Assembly: GCA_041664225.1 (NCBI GenBank)
Contig: JBAYLE010000004.1
Span: forward strand, 10,640-74,639
Origin: Parcubacteria group bacterium
GTDB lineage: Bacteria; Patescibacteriota; Minisyncoccia; Moranbacterales; UBA2206
Length of the DNA stretch: 64,000 bases
Reading direction: 5' to 3'
Positions 1-8,264 of the stretch are shown in pieces (positions within the stretch are counted from its first letter, which is position 1; each line of letters starts with the position of its first letter). The position numbers and the translations under genes were made by a program. The notes beneath the pieces were generated by a model. The model was not told the DNA's origin and did not search any database. It saw only the letters and a list, made by a program, of their open reading frames with translations.

Positions 1-3
1 TAA

Positions 4-1164
4 ATGAAAAAAAACGGAAAAAAAAGAGAGCAGGAATTGCTTGAGAAGACAGCTCGGATTTATCAATCTATTACCCGCGATTCAATGGACGGGTTTTTGG
101 CAGTTGATATGCGGGGTCGGTTTTTGGATGTGAATGACGCTTATTGCCATTTGATAGGCCATAGCCGGAGCGAACTTTTGAAAATGAACATAGCCGATGT
201 TGAAGTTGGAAAAAAGTCGAAAGATGTCGTAAAAAATCTCCAAAGAATAAAGAAGGCGGGTGAAATTCGATTTGTAACTCAACATCGGAGAAAGGATGGA
301 AAAATTATTTTTATCGAAGCCAGCGCCAATCATGCCAATTATGCCAACTATTTGGGCGGATTGGTATTTATTTTTATCCGCGACATCAGCAAGCGCAAGA
401 AAAAAGAAGATAAGCTGGCCAAAAATCGCGCTAAATCAAAAAAGATAATGGAGGGGCAGCTGGCCGACGCATACAAGCATTCTGAAGATCAGGACAAGTC
501 AAAAAAGAAAATGGAGGGACGGCTGGCTGATTCATACCAGCATTCTAAAGACCAGGTCAAGTCAAAAAAGAAAATGGAGGGACGGCTGGCTGATTCATAC
601 CAGCATTCCAAAGATCAAGATAAATCAAAAAAGAAAATAGAAGGACAACTGGCTGACGCATACAAGCATCTGGGAACAATCAACAGAAAAATTTCCCTCC
701 TTCTGGAATTGGAATATTTTCCGAAATCAAAAAAACACGATCAAAAAATTATAGACCATGTTTTGAATTTAGCGATGAACATTTCGAATGCTCAAACGGG
801 CTACCTTTATGGTTCAAAAGGAAGAGGCAGGTTTGATTTATTATCCTGCAAAGGATGCGAAGAAGAGCAGAAAGAAAAAATCAAAGTTATCACATCCCGC
901 AAGGTCGAGCTTCTGAAGCATTTACTCAAAGAAAAAAATCTCATTAGCGGAAATATAAAGCAACACAGAGTAGAACTCTTGGCGCTGAATGATAAACTGG
1001 AATATTTTGTTACCCTGCCTCTTTCAAAAGAAACAGCTCTGGGAGGTTTTATTTTTCTCGGTTTTGATAAAAAGAAAAGCGTGGACGCGCAGGATTTAGA
1101 ATTTCTGGATGTATTCGCGATACACGCTTCAAACGCTTTAGCCAAAGCTGGTGTTTTGAAATAA
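4..1164 (+). CDS. PAS domain - coiled repeat - GAF-like domain sensor protein (no recognisable output domain)
   Basis: N-terminal PAS-like segment (SMDGFLAVD...RFVTQHRRKDGKIIFIE), four in-frame 21-aa repeats, C-terminal GAF-like region; stop codon at 1-3 just upstream so gene is complete. Confidence 0.6.
   Translation: MKKNGKKREQELLEKTARIYQSITRDSMDGFLAVDMRGRFLDVNDAYCHLIGHSRSELLKMNIADVEVGKKSKDVVKNLQRIKKAGEIRFVTQHRRKDGKIIFIEASANHANYANYLGGLVFIFIRDISKRKKKEDKLAKNRAKSKKIMEGQLADAYKHSEDQDKSKKKMEGRLADSYQHSKDQVKSKKKMEGRLADSYQHSKDQDKSKKKIEGQLADAYKHLGTINRKISLLLELEYFPKSKKHDQKIIDHVLNLAMNISNAQTGYLYGSKGRGRFDLLSCKGCEEEQKEKIKVITSRKVELLKHLLKEKNLISGNIKQHRVELLALNDKLEYFVTLPLSKETALGGFIFLGFDKKKSVDAQDLEFLDVFAIHASNALAKAGVLK
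436..687 (+). repeat. 4 x 63-nt in-frame tandem repeat inside the PAS-GAF gene (units 2 and 3 nearly identical)
   Basis: Units begin at 436, 499, 562, 625; each encodes SKKKMEGRLADSYQHSKDQDK-like 21-mer. Confidence 0.85.
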
Positions 1165-1192
1165 GCCACGATGGGTAATTATGCACCAGGGC

Positions 1193-1281
1193 TTAAATCA
1201 GGAATATACACACATTCCCTTTTATTCATAAAAATATTTCCAACATCCTTGACTGTGGCGTGCGGACATAAAAAAGAGGCT
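1193..1281. repeat. 89-bp direct repeat, copy 1 (identical to 4701-4789)
   Basis: ttaaatcaggaatatacacacattccc...gcggacataaaaaagaggct identical at both loci; each copy runs into a hairpin plus T-run. Confidence 0.9.
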
Positions 1282-1373
1282 TTGATTAGTCTCTTTTTTG
1301 GTAGGGACAGTAGAAAGTTAAAACTTTTAGTGGTAATATAAAAATAATAAAATAGATCAACTAAAACAAAAAT

Positions 1374-3410
1374 ATGGAACATAATCACAATCACGAACAA
1401 ATAAATTATTCTTCATCAATGGCCGGAATGAAACATGATCACGACCAAGAAGTAGAATACAACAAGCACGCAGGGCATTCCATTGATAATTTTAAAAGAA
1501 AGTTTTATATCTCCCTGATTTTGACTTTGCCAATTTTGTTTCTTTCCCCATTCATTCAGGGTTTGCTACATATTTCTTTCAGATTTCCAGGCGACCAACT
1601 GGTCTTGTTTCTAATCTCGTCTTTTGTTTTCTTTTTTGGAGGCAGTCCGTTTCTGGTCGGGGCGGTTAGTGAAATCAAACATAAGGCATTGGGAATGATG
1701 ACGCTCATTTCATTGGCTATCGGTGTGGCGTATTTTTACAGTTCGGCCGTAACTTTCGGACTAAAAGGCGAGGTGTTTTTCTGGGAACTAGCAACTCTGA
1801 TTGACATTATGCTTTTGGGGCACTGGCTGGAAATGAAATCGGTAATGGGAGTGTCCAGAGCATTGGAAAAATTATCCCAGCTCATTCCAGATAAAGCCCA
1901 CTTAAAAAAGGAAAATGAGGTAGTTGATGTTGATGTCAGCGAACTTAAAAAGGGAGATATTATTTTGGTGAAGCCAGGCGAAAAAATACCAACAGACGGT
2001 AGTGTAGTCAAAGGCGAAAGTTTCGTGAACGAGTCAATGCTCACGGGCGAAGCCAAGCCCGTTTCCAAAGAGACAGGCTCTAAAGTTATTGGTGGTTCCA
2101 TTACGGAAGAAGGTTCATTGGAAATACGAGTGGAAGGCGTGGGCGAAGAAACCTATCTTTCCAAGGTGATAAAACTGGTTAAAGATGCCCAAACTTCAAA
2201 ATCCAAAACACAATTATTAGCCGACAAAGCCGCTTTTTGGTTGACGCTTATTGCCATCAGCATTGGCACAATAACTTTTATTACCTGGCTGGCCTTAGGC
2301 AGAGACATTGCGTTTGCCATAGAACGAGCCGCTACAGTACTCATTATCGCTTGTCCGCACGCTTTAGGATTGGCTGTTCCACTGGTAGTGGCAATTTCTA
2401 CCACGCTATCCGCTCAAAACGGACTGCTTATCAGAAACAGAACCGCTTTTGAAAACGCCAGAAGAATTACGACAATTATTTTTGACAAAACGGGAACGCT
2501 AACCAAGGGAACATTCAGTGTTAAGAAGATTTATGCATTGGATAATAATTACAGTGAAAACAAAATTTTACAAATAGCCGCTGCGTTGGAGCGTAATTCT
2601 GAACACCCGATTGCCAGAGCGGTAATAGCAGATGCTGAAAGCAGGAAAGTTGAAAAACTGGAAGTTGCTAATTTCAAAGCAATAAAAGGGCAAGGTATAA
2701 AAGCGATAGTGGACAACAAAAAAATAATTATTGCCAGCCCTGGATATTTGAAAGAGCTGAAATTGTCAGTTTCGGACATATTCAATCAGGTGGAAGGCAC
2801 GGTAATATTTGTAGTAGTTGAAGATAATGGCTACAAGCTAATTGGAGCGTTGAATCTTTCTGATACCATCAGGGATGAATCGTACGGCGCCATTAAACTA
2901 TTAAGAGACGAAGGCATTAAAATGTGGATGCTCACTGGCGACAATGAAAGCTCGGCAAAAAGTGTGGCAGAAACACTGAAATTGGATGGCTACTTTGCTG
3001 GAGTGTTGCCGCATCAAAAACAAGAAAAAGTCAAAGAACTGCAAGATAAGGGAGAGTTTGTAGCAATGGTAGGAGATGGAATCAATGATGCTCCTGCTCT
3101 GGCTCAAGCTAATGTAGGAATTGCTATAGGAAGTGGAACGGACGTTGCTGCTGAGACAGCTGATATAATTTTGGTCAACAGCAATCCGCAAGATATTGCC
3201 TCGCTGGTTCTTTTTGGCAAGGCGACTTACAAAAAAATGGTTCAAAATTTGGCTTGGGCAACGGGATATAATGTGATTGCAATTCCTTTGGCGGCAGGAG
3301 TTTTGGCGGGCTATGGAATTTTACTTTCTCCTGCTTTGGGAGCTATCTTTATGTCATTAAGCACGGTGGTGGTGGCGATAAACGCCAAGATACTAAGAGT
3401 AAAAAAATAA
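1374..3410 (+). CDS. copB: P1B-type heavy-metal translocating ATPase, CopB-like (CPH motif, His-rich N-terminus)
   Basis: MEHNHNHE...HDHDQ His-rich N-term; TM motif CPH (IIACPHALGLAVP); DKTGTLT phosphorylation motif; MVGDGINDAPAL hinge. Confidence 0.85.
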   Translation: MEHNHNHEQINYSSSMAGMKHDHDQEVEYNKHAGHSIDNFKRKFYISLILTLPILFLSPFIQGLLHISFRFPGDQLVLFLISSFVFFFGGSPFLVGAVSEIKHKALGMMTLISLAIGVAYFYSSAVTFGLKGEVFFWELATLIDIMLLGHWLEMKSVMGVSRALEKLSQLIPDKAHLKKENEVVDVDVSELKKGDIILVKPGEKIPTDGSVVKGESFVNESMLTGEAKPVSKETGSKVIGGSITEEGSLEIRVEGVGEETYLSKVIKLVKDAQTSKSKTQLLADKAAFWLTLIAISIGTITFITWLALGRDIAFAIERAATVLIIACPHALGLAVPLVVAISTTLSAQNGLLIRNRTAFENARRITTIIFDKTGTLTKGTFSVKKIYALDNNYSENKILQIAAALERNSEHPIARAVIADAESRKVEKLEVANFKAIKGQGIKAIVDNKKIIIASPGYLKELKLSVSDIFNQVEGTVIFVVVEDNGYKLIGALNLSDTIRDESYGAIKLLRDEGIKMWMLTGDNESSAKSVAETLKLDGYFAGVLPHQKQEKVKELQDKGEFVAMVGDGINDAPALAQANVGIAIGSGTDVAAETADIILVNSNPQDIASLVLFGKATYKKMVQNLAWATGYNVIAIPLAAGVLAGYGILLSPALGAIFMSLSTVVVAINAKILRVKK

Positions 3411-3439
3411 TAAGAATATTTGAAAGGAGGTGAGAAATA

Positions 3440-3573
3440 TGATGGATTATAATATGATGAACGGAGCTGGCGGGAGCGGCATGATGCTTTTCGCTTGGGT
3501 TAATTATATTTTAGTAGTTGTCCTACTTGTTTTAGGCATCGTCGCTTTTTGGAAGTATATTAATAAAAATTAA
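3440..3573 (+). CDS. Met-rich small membrane peptide (44 aa) immediately downstream of copB
   Basis: Strong SD AGGAGGTGA 7 nt upstream; MMDYNMMNGAGGSGMMLFAW... then a single TM helix; not in ORF track (<60 aa). Confidence 0.4.
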
Positions 3574-3862
3574 ATGTTACAATTAAGATATAGTGAGCTA
3601 CACAGCGGGATAATCTATATTTGTAAGTTTGGTATATAAATATATTCTTTTTTATTAATAAAAATAGTTCCCGTTTGCTGGCAGGCAGGCTAATGTCCCT
3701 GACGACCCCGTGCTGGCCAAAACAAGGCTTAAACAAGTCTTGTTTTTGTATGGGGATGGTAGGAATTAGAACTGTATTGTTCTGTTACTATGATGTAATA
3801 AGTGTCTTTGGGTGTATAATTAAAATAAGCATTAACAATTTAATAATCAAAATTAAAAAACT

Positions 3863-4222
3863 ATGAAAAAAATCGCAGTTATAACATTAGTAGTAGCTGG
3901 AGCAATTGTCTTGGGTGGTTGTAGCTTGTATGGAGGAACCTCCAGCAATACTGCCACCTCTACGCCAGCGCCAACGCAGGGAACCAATATGGTTAATATT
4001 CAAAACTTTGCTTTTAACCTTGGAACGCTGACGATCAAGAAAGGCGAAACTGTAACCTGGACTAATAATGATTCGGTTCTGCACCAAATTAAATCCGCAA
4101 CATTCAATTCCAGTCAGTTGAGCAAGGGTCAGACTTTCTCATTCACTTTCGATGATGCAGGAACATTTGATTACTCGTGTGCCATCCATCCTTCCATGAT
4201 GGGCAAAATAATTGTTGAATAA
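3863..4222 (+). CDS. Cupredoxin (type-1 copper, plastocyanin/azurin-like) lipoprotein
   Basis: Signal peptide with lipobox LGGCS; C-terminal Cys-x2-His-x4-Met copper ligand motif (YSCAIHPSMMGKI) plus upstream His (VLHQIK). Confidence 0.75.
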   Translation: MKKIAVITLVVAGAIVLGGCSLYGGTSSNTATSTPAPTQGTNMVNIQNFAFNLGTLTIKKGETVTWTNNDSVLHQIKSATFNSSQLSKGQTFSFTFDDAGTFDYSCAIHPSMMGKIIVE

Positions 4223-4252
4223 GGTTCATAATTGGTAGTTTAACTTAATTCT

Positions 4253-4699
4253 ATGAAAAAAAATTATTTAACAATAGTAGCGGGCGCAGCGATAATCTCA
4301 GCAATAGGCGTCTTTATCATCGATTATTTTTCTCACTTGTTATTTTCAAATCCAATGGAGACAGGACCATATTTTGTTGCAAAAGCGGCTGTTTATTTCA
4401 TATTCTCTCTTGTATTCTTATCTGTTATAAATCTGGAGAAAAATGAATTTATTAAGGTGGCGGTTGGCGGAATTATCGTCGCATCGCTTTGGGGAATGTA
4501 TTATAATATTTTCCCATTGCTGTTTAATTACTATCCCTTCGGAATTTCTCTAAGCGGCTTAACTTTTTTAGGAACGGGACTTTTCGGAACTGGTCTTGCT
4601 TTCGGGATTGTTCACACTCTCGCATTTGTAGGTGGATATTATTCTTCTAAATTTATATTCAATTTTTTTGAAAATTTTAAAGTAAAGAGAGCATCATAA
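4253..4699 (+). CDS. Integral membrane protein, unknown function (4 predicted TM)
   Basis: ORF with hydrophobic segments; last gene inside the repeat-bracketed cassette. Confidence 0.55.
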   Translation: MKKNYLTIVAGAAIISAIGVFIIDYFSHLLFSNPMETGPYFVAKAAVYFIFSLVFLSVINLEKNEFIKVAVGGIIVASLWGMYYNIFPLLFNYYPFGISLSGLTFLGTGLFGTGLAFGIVHTLAFVGGYYSSKFIFNFFENFKVKRAS

Positions 4700-4700
4700 T

Positions 4701-4789
4701 TTAAATCAGGAATATACACACATTCCCTTTTATTCATAAAAATATTTCCAACATCCTTGACTGTGGCGTGCGGACATAAAAAAGAGGCT
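4701..4789. repeat. 89-bp direct repeat, copy 2
   Basis: Perfect match to 1193-1281. Confidence 0.9.
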
Positions 4790-4806
4790 CCCAAAAGCCT
4801 CTTTTA
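4781..4806 (+). terminator. Intrinsic terminator (aagaggct-cccaaa-agcctctt + TTTT)
   Basis: 8-bp GC-containing stem followed by T-run; uses 3' end of repeat copy 2. Confidence 0.6.
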
Positions 4807-4843
4807 AATTATAATTTTATTGTTGTCAAAAAATACGAAGCTA

Positions 4844-4871
4844 TTGACAAAACCAAGATTTCTGATATAAT
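4844..4871 (+). promoter_or_regulatory. Near-consensus sigma70-type promoter (TTGACA-16-TATAAT)
   Basis: TTGACA at 4844-4849, TATAAT at 4866-4871; drives the GC-rich three-gene operon. Confidence 0.6.
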
Positions 4872-4935
4872 GGATTACTCAGTCGAGATGCTGTTTAAAA
4901 TTTGCACAAATCTAACGTACTAGGGGGTACGAATA

Positions 4936-5295
4936 ATGAAGAAGATATTTATATCCGTTGGCGGTGAAAAGCCGGGAAATCCCATGGAGATGGCCCTCAA
5001 GCAGGTGGCCGGTCTCACGCAACAGGTAGTTGATAACCCCGAGGAGGCCGATCTCATTGTGGTCGACTCTGCATCGAATGCTCTCAAGATGTTGAAGGAA
5101 TACGATGAAGCGATCATAGCCGTAGCTTTAATAAGAGAAGCACGCTATGAAGAGCCTGGCGCTCGCTCGCTCAAAGAAGCGTATCCGAAGCAAGTCATTA
5201 TTGCCCAGATGTACAAAACCGAAGATGGAACCGACGATGTTTTATTGGTTCCTTATGTTATGACATTCACAAACGAAAGGAAGGAGAAAAAATAA
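4936..5295 (+). CDS. Small hypothetical protein (119 aa), paralog of 5764-6132; flavodoxin/receiver-like alpha-beta pattern
   Basis: SD AGGGGGT; ~40% identity to third gene of the operon (…NPEEADLIVVDSASNALKMLKE…YPKQVIIAQ vs …NPEAADVIIVSNHSDALRMLKE…YPERIIIGQ). Confidence 0.7.
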   Translation: MKKIFISVGGEKPGNPMEMALKQVAGLTQQVVDNPEEADLIVVDSASNALKMLKEYDEAIIAVALIREARYEEPGARSLKEAYPKQVIIAQMYKTEDGTDDVLLVPYVMTFTNERKEKK

Positions 5296-5296
5296 T

Positions 5297-5767
5297 ATGG
5301 GGAAAAGAATACTTTTAGTGGATGACACAAAAAAGCACAGAAAAGCCGGGATCGCACAGTTGACGGCCTTGGGGCACGAAGTAGTTGCTGTTTCGGGTTA
5401 CGAGGACGCAGTCAATGAGTTGAGGAAGGGTGAAAAGTTTGATATAGCTCTTCTGGATCTGCTGATGCCGGCCGAAGGCATGACGCTGGGCGGCGACGGT
5501 CTCAAATATCTCGGACAGCCAATAGACATCGGTTTCTCACTTGCGATGAAGCTGGCGCTTGAAGGCATCAAGGAAATAGCTGTAGTCACAGACATGGGTC
5601 ATCATTCTCATCCGGCCAGCGCTATCTTCGACTGGTTTTTAGGAAAGAAGCTGACTATTTGCGGAAGCAATGTGCGCTGTATGCATGCGCATATTATCAG
5701 AGATAACGATGATGTGAAAGACTGGGCGGCGGCGCTTGAGTCGCTGTTGGGAGGTGAAGAAGAATGA
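5297..5767 (+). CDS. Atypical response-regulator receiver-domain protein with His/Cys-rich C-terminus
   Basis: ILLVDD…, conserved Asp in FDIALLDLLMP (phospho-acceptor position), VVTDMG; ~25-aa insertion and C-terminal HHSHP…CGSNVRCMHAH; SD AAGGAG; start overlaps previous stop. Confidence 0.65.
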   Translation: MGKRILLVDDTKKHRKAGIAQLTALGHEVVAVSGYEDAVNELRKGEKFDIALLDLLMPAEGMTLGGDGLKYLGQPIDIGFSLAMKLALEGIKEIAVVTDMGHHSHPASAIFDWFLGKKLTICGSNVRCMHAHIIRDNDDVKDWAAALESLLGGEEE

Positions 5768-6132
5768 AGAAAAAGATCCTCATAGCTGTTGATGAAAGCA
5801 AGGCGGAAGGAATCACAAACTCTCTCAAAAGAGCCGCATATTTTTTAGGCAATGAGCTGGTTAATAATCCCGAAGCTGCGGATGTGATTATTGTCAGCAA
5901 TCATTCTGATGCACTCAGGATGCTCAAAGAGAATGATGATGCGACCGTGGTCATTGCTGCCGAGTTCCTTGCGGAAGATAACATCGGCATCAGGACTCTC
6001 AAAGAGAGATATCCGGAGCGTATCATTATCGGACAATATCTCGAGCATTATCTCAAACCGGGAGATGTAATGCTGGTCAATTACATTAAGGATTTAGGAA
6101 AGGAGAATCTGGAAAAGGAGAAAAAGAGTTAA
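5764..6132 (+). CDS. Small hypothetical protein (122 aa), paralog of 4936-5295
   Basis: ATGA overlap with upstream gene; SD GGAGGTG. Confidence 0.7.
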   Translation: MKKKILIAVDESKAEGITNSLKRAAYFLGNELVNNPEAADVIIVSNHSDALRMLKENDDATVVIAAEFLAEDNIGIRTLKERYPERIIIGQYLEHYLKPGDVMLVNYIKDLGKENLEKEKKS

Positions 6133-6165
6133 GGATCTACGCTTAGATCCAAAGAGATTGCAATA

Positions 6166-6200
6166 GGGAGTTTCTCGCGAGAGGGCTCCCGATTTTTTTT
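6166..6200 (+). terminator. Strong intrinsic terminator
   Basis: GGGAG-tt-TCTCGCGAGA-ggg-CTCCC hairpin followed by T8. Confidence 0.8.
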
Positions 6201-6267
6201 ATCTATTTTTTAGATATTTTAAGCAAACAGATTTGTTTGAGCCGAACTTTTCTGATATTATAAAAAA

Positions 6268-8049
6268 ATGATTAACACGCAGGAAAAAAATAATGGACTA
6301 GACTTGATCGCGTATTCCAATTGGGCGCTCATTAAGGATGTTGGAAGATTTGTAAAACCATACAAGGGACGCTTCATTTTTGCCAGTCTTTCCAGGTTTG
6401 TCAGTGATATTATCGGCCTATATCCTTCATACGGTTTTGCTTTGATTGTAACTTTTTTTAGTAATTATTCGCCGGGTGATTCATTGAGATATTTTTGGAT
6501 CATAATTATTATTCTAACCGCCGCCTATTTTTTTAAATATATATTTAGATTTTCAGCAAAGCAGGTTGGTTATCAGGTGGCGGAAAAAGTTGCTTTAGAC
6601 GCTCAAACTAAAACAATCAGCCATCTTTTTAGGCTGGATATTGCTTGGCATGAAAGAGAAAATAGCGGCAACAAGCTTAAAAGAATTCAAAAAGGGTCTG
6701 ATGGCCTGAATCGCATTTTACGTATGTGGATAAGTAATTTTATTGAAATTGGGATTAATTTGGTCGGCATGATTTTTATTTTAGGCAAGTTTGATTTGAA
6801 AGTTGGAATGGTGATGGTGCTTTTTGTCCTAACTTACTTTTTTATTTCTTTTTATCTTTTAACAAAGGCGTCTGCCGTTTCACAAGAGGTAGATATTCTC
6901 GAGGAAGGAGTTTTGGGCTTAATGTTTCAGTCGTTGAATAACATCAGAAGCGTTAAGATGCTGGATATGTCAGAAAGAATATTAAAAAAGATCAAACATC
7001 AGATAGGCGGATTATTTCAAAAAATACTGAAAAGAATCACAAGGTTTCAAACTCGGGGAGGCATTCTGAATCTATGGACGACATTATTTCGAGTAGGGGC
7101 AATAATAATAATTGCATATGGCATCATTGACAGAAAATATGAAGTTGGCTTCCTAGTTCTTTTTGTCGGTTATTTTAACAGCCTGGTTGACGCAGTAGAA
7201 GAACTTTCTGAGACTACCCAGGATTTGACTGTCAGTAAATATGGAATTGCCAGAATGCAGCGGACCGTCAACGAACCGATCTTGATCGACAATGAGTCTG
7301 GCAAGGTGGATTGTCCAAAAGATTGGCGAAAAATAAAAGTTATAAATTTATCTTTTGCGTATGGAAAGCGCAAAATTCTCAAAAATATTTCCTTTGAAAT
7401 AAATAGAGGGGAAAGGATTGGAATTATTGGTCTTTCTGGAGCGGGCAAATCAACGCTTATGAAATTGCTCATGAAAGAAAATGAGAATTATGAAGGCGAA
7501 ATCCTGATTGATGATTTATCCATAAAAAAAATAAAGAGAAGGTCGTATTTTGAAAAGTTGGGAGTCGTTTTACAGGACACAGAAGTTTTCAACTTTTCCT
7601 TACGGGAAAACATAATCTTATCCAGTCCAAAAGATTTTGGAGAAAAAGCTCTTAATGAAGCACTTTCCATTTCTTATGTCTCAGATTTTCTATCGAGACT
7701 TCCACAGGGGGTCGAAACCTTTATCGGAGAAAAAGGCATCAGGCTTTCTGGAGGTGAAAGACAAAGACTGGGAATCGCCAGAGCAATTTATAAAAAGCCC
7801 GAAATTCTTCTGTTAGACGAGGCGACTTCACATTTGGATCTCGAATCGGAAGAAAAAATTAAAGATTCTTTGCATAAGTTTTTTCAGAAAGTTACGGCTG
7901 TGGTTATCGCGCACCGATTGACGACGATCCGCCAGATGGACAAGATTCTGGTGATTGAAAAAGGCGAAGTTGTTGAATCCGGGAGTTTCGATGAACTGTA
8001 TAATGCCAAAGGCAGACTTTTTGAATTATGGGAAAAACAAAAATTCTAA
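6268..8049 (+). CDS. ABC exporter, fused permease + ATP-binding domains (MsbA/type-I exporter family)
   Basis: 6 TM N-domain; Walker A GLSGAGKST, signature LSGGERQRLGIARA, Walker B LLLDEATSHLD. Confidence 0.9.
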   Translation: MINTQEKNNGLDLIAYSNWALIKDVGRFVKPYKGRFIFASLSRFVSDIIGLYPSYGFALIVTFFSNYSPGDSLRYFWIIIIILTAAYFFKYIFRFSAKQVGYQVAEKVALDAQTKTISHLFRLDIAWHERENSGNKLKRIQKGSDGLNRILRMWISNFIEIGINLVGMIFILGKFDLKVGMVMVLFVLTYFFISFYLLTKASAVSQEVDILEEGVLGLMFQSLNNIRSVKMLDMSERILKKIKHQIGGLFQKILKRITRFQTRGGILNLWTTLFRVGAIIIIAYGIIDRKYEVGFLVLFVGYFNSLVDAVEELSETTQDLTVSKYGIARMQRTVNEPILIDNESGKVDCPKDWRKIKVINLSFAYGKRKILKNISFEINRGERIGIIGLSGAGKSTLMKLLMKENENYEGEILIDDLSIKKIKRRSYFEKLGVVLQDTEVFNFSLRENIILSSPKDFGEKALNEALSISYVSDFLSRLPQGVETFIGEKGIRLSGGERQRLGIARAIYKKPEILLLDEATSHLDLESEEKIKDSLHKFFQKVTAVVIAHRLTTIRQMDKILVIEKGEVVESGSFDELYNAKGRLFELWEKQKF

Positions 8050-8264
8050 TTTTTTAGAATATTCGCTGACTTTTTTGCTAAAAAACGAATCTTGTGCTAG
8101 TCTTGTTTTATGAATAAACAGACAGTTGTAAAAAATAATATCTGCGCTTGCTCTTGTGAAATCATCTCGAGAGCGGTTTGTTGTTGCGGCTGATAATTAT
8201 TCTGGACAACTTTCAAAAATAGCTCTCGGGATAACCGAGTTTTTTTATTCTTAAATCAAAAAAT

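Noticed and set aside
1179-1400. Minus-strand 73-aa ORF spanning repeat copy 1
   Set aside because: It overlaps the 89-bp repeat and the copB promoter region, has no SD and a low-complexity product. Spurious.
1374-3410. Annotating the ATPase as Cu(I) exporter CopA with CxxC heavy-metal-associated domains
   Set aside because: No N-terminal CxxC metal-binding domain. Instead it has a His-rich N-terminus and a CPH transmembrane motif, which fits the CopB (P1B-3) subclass.
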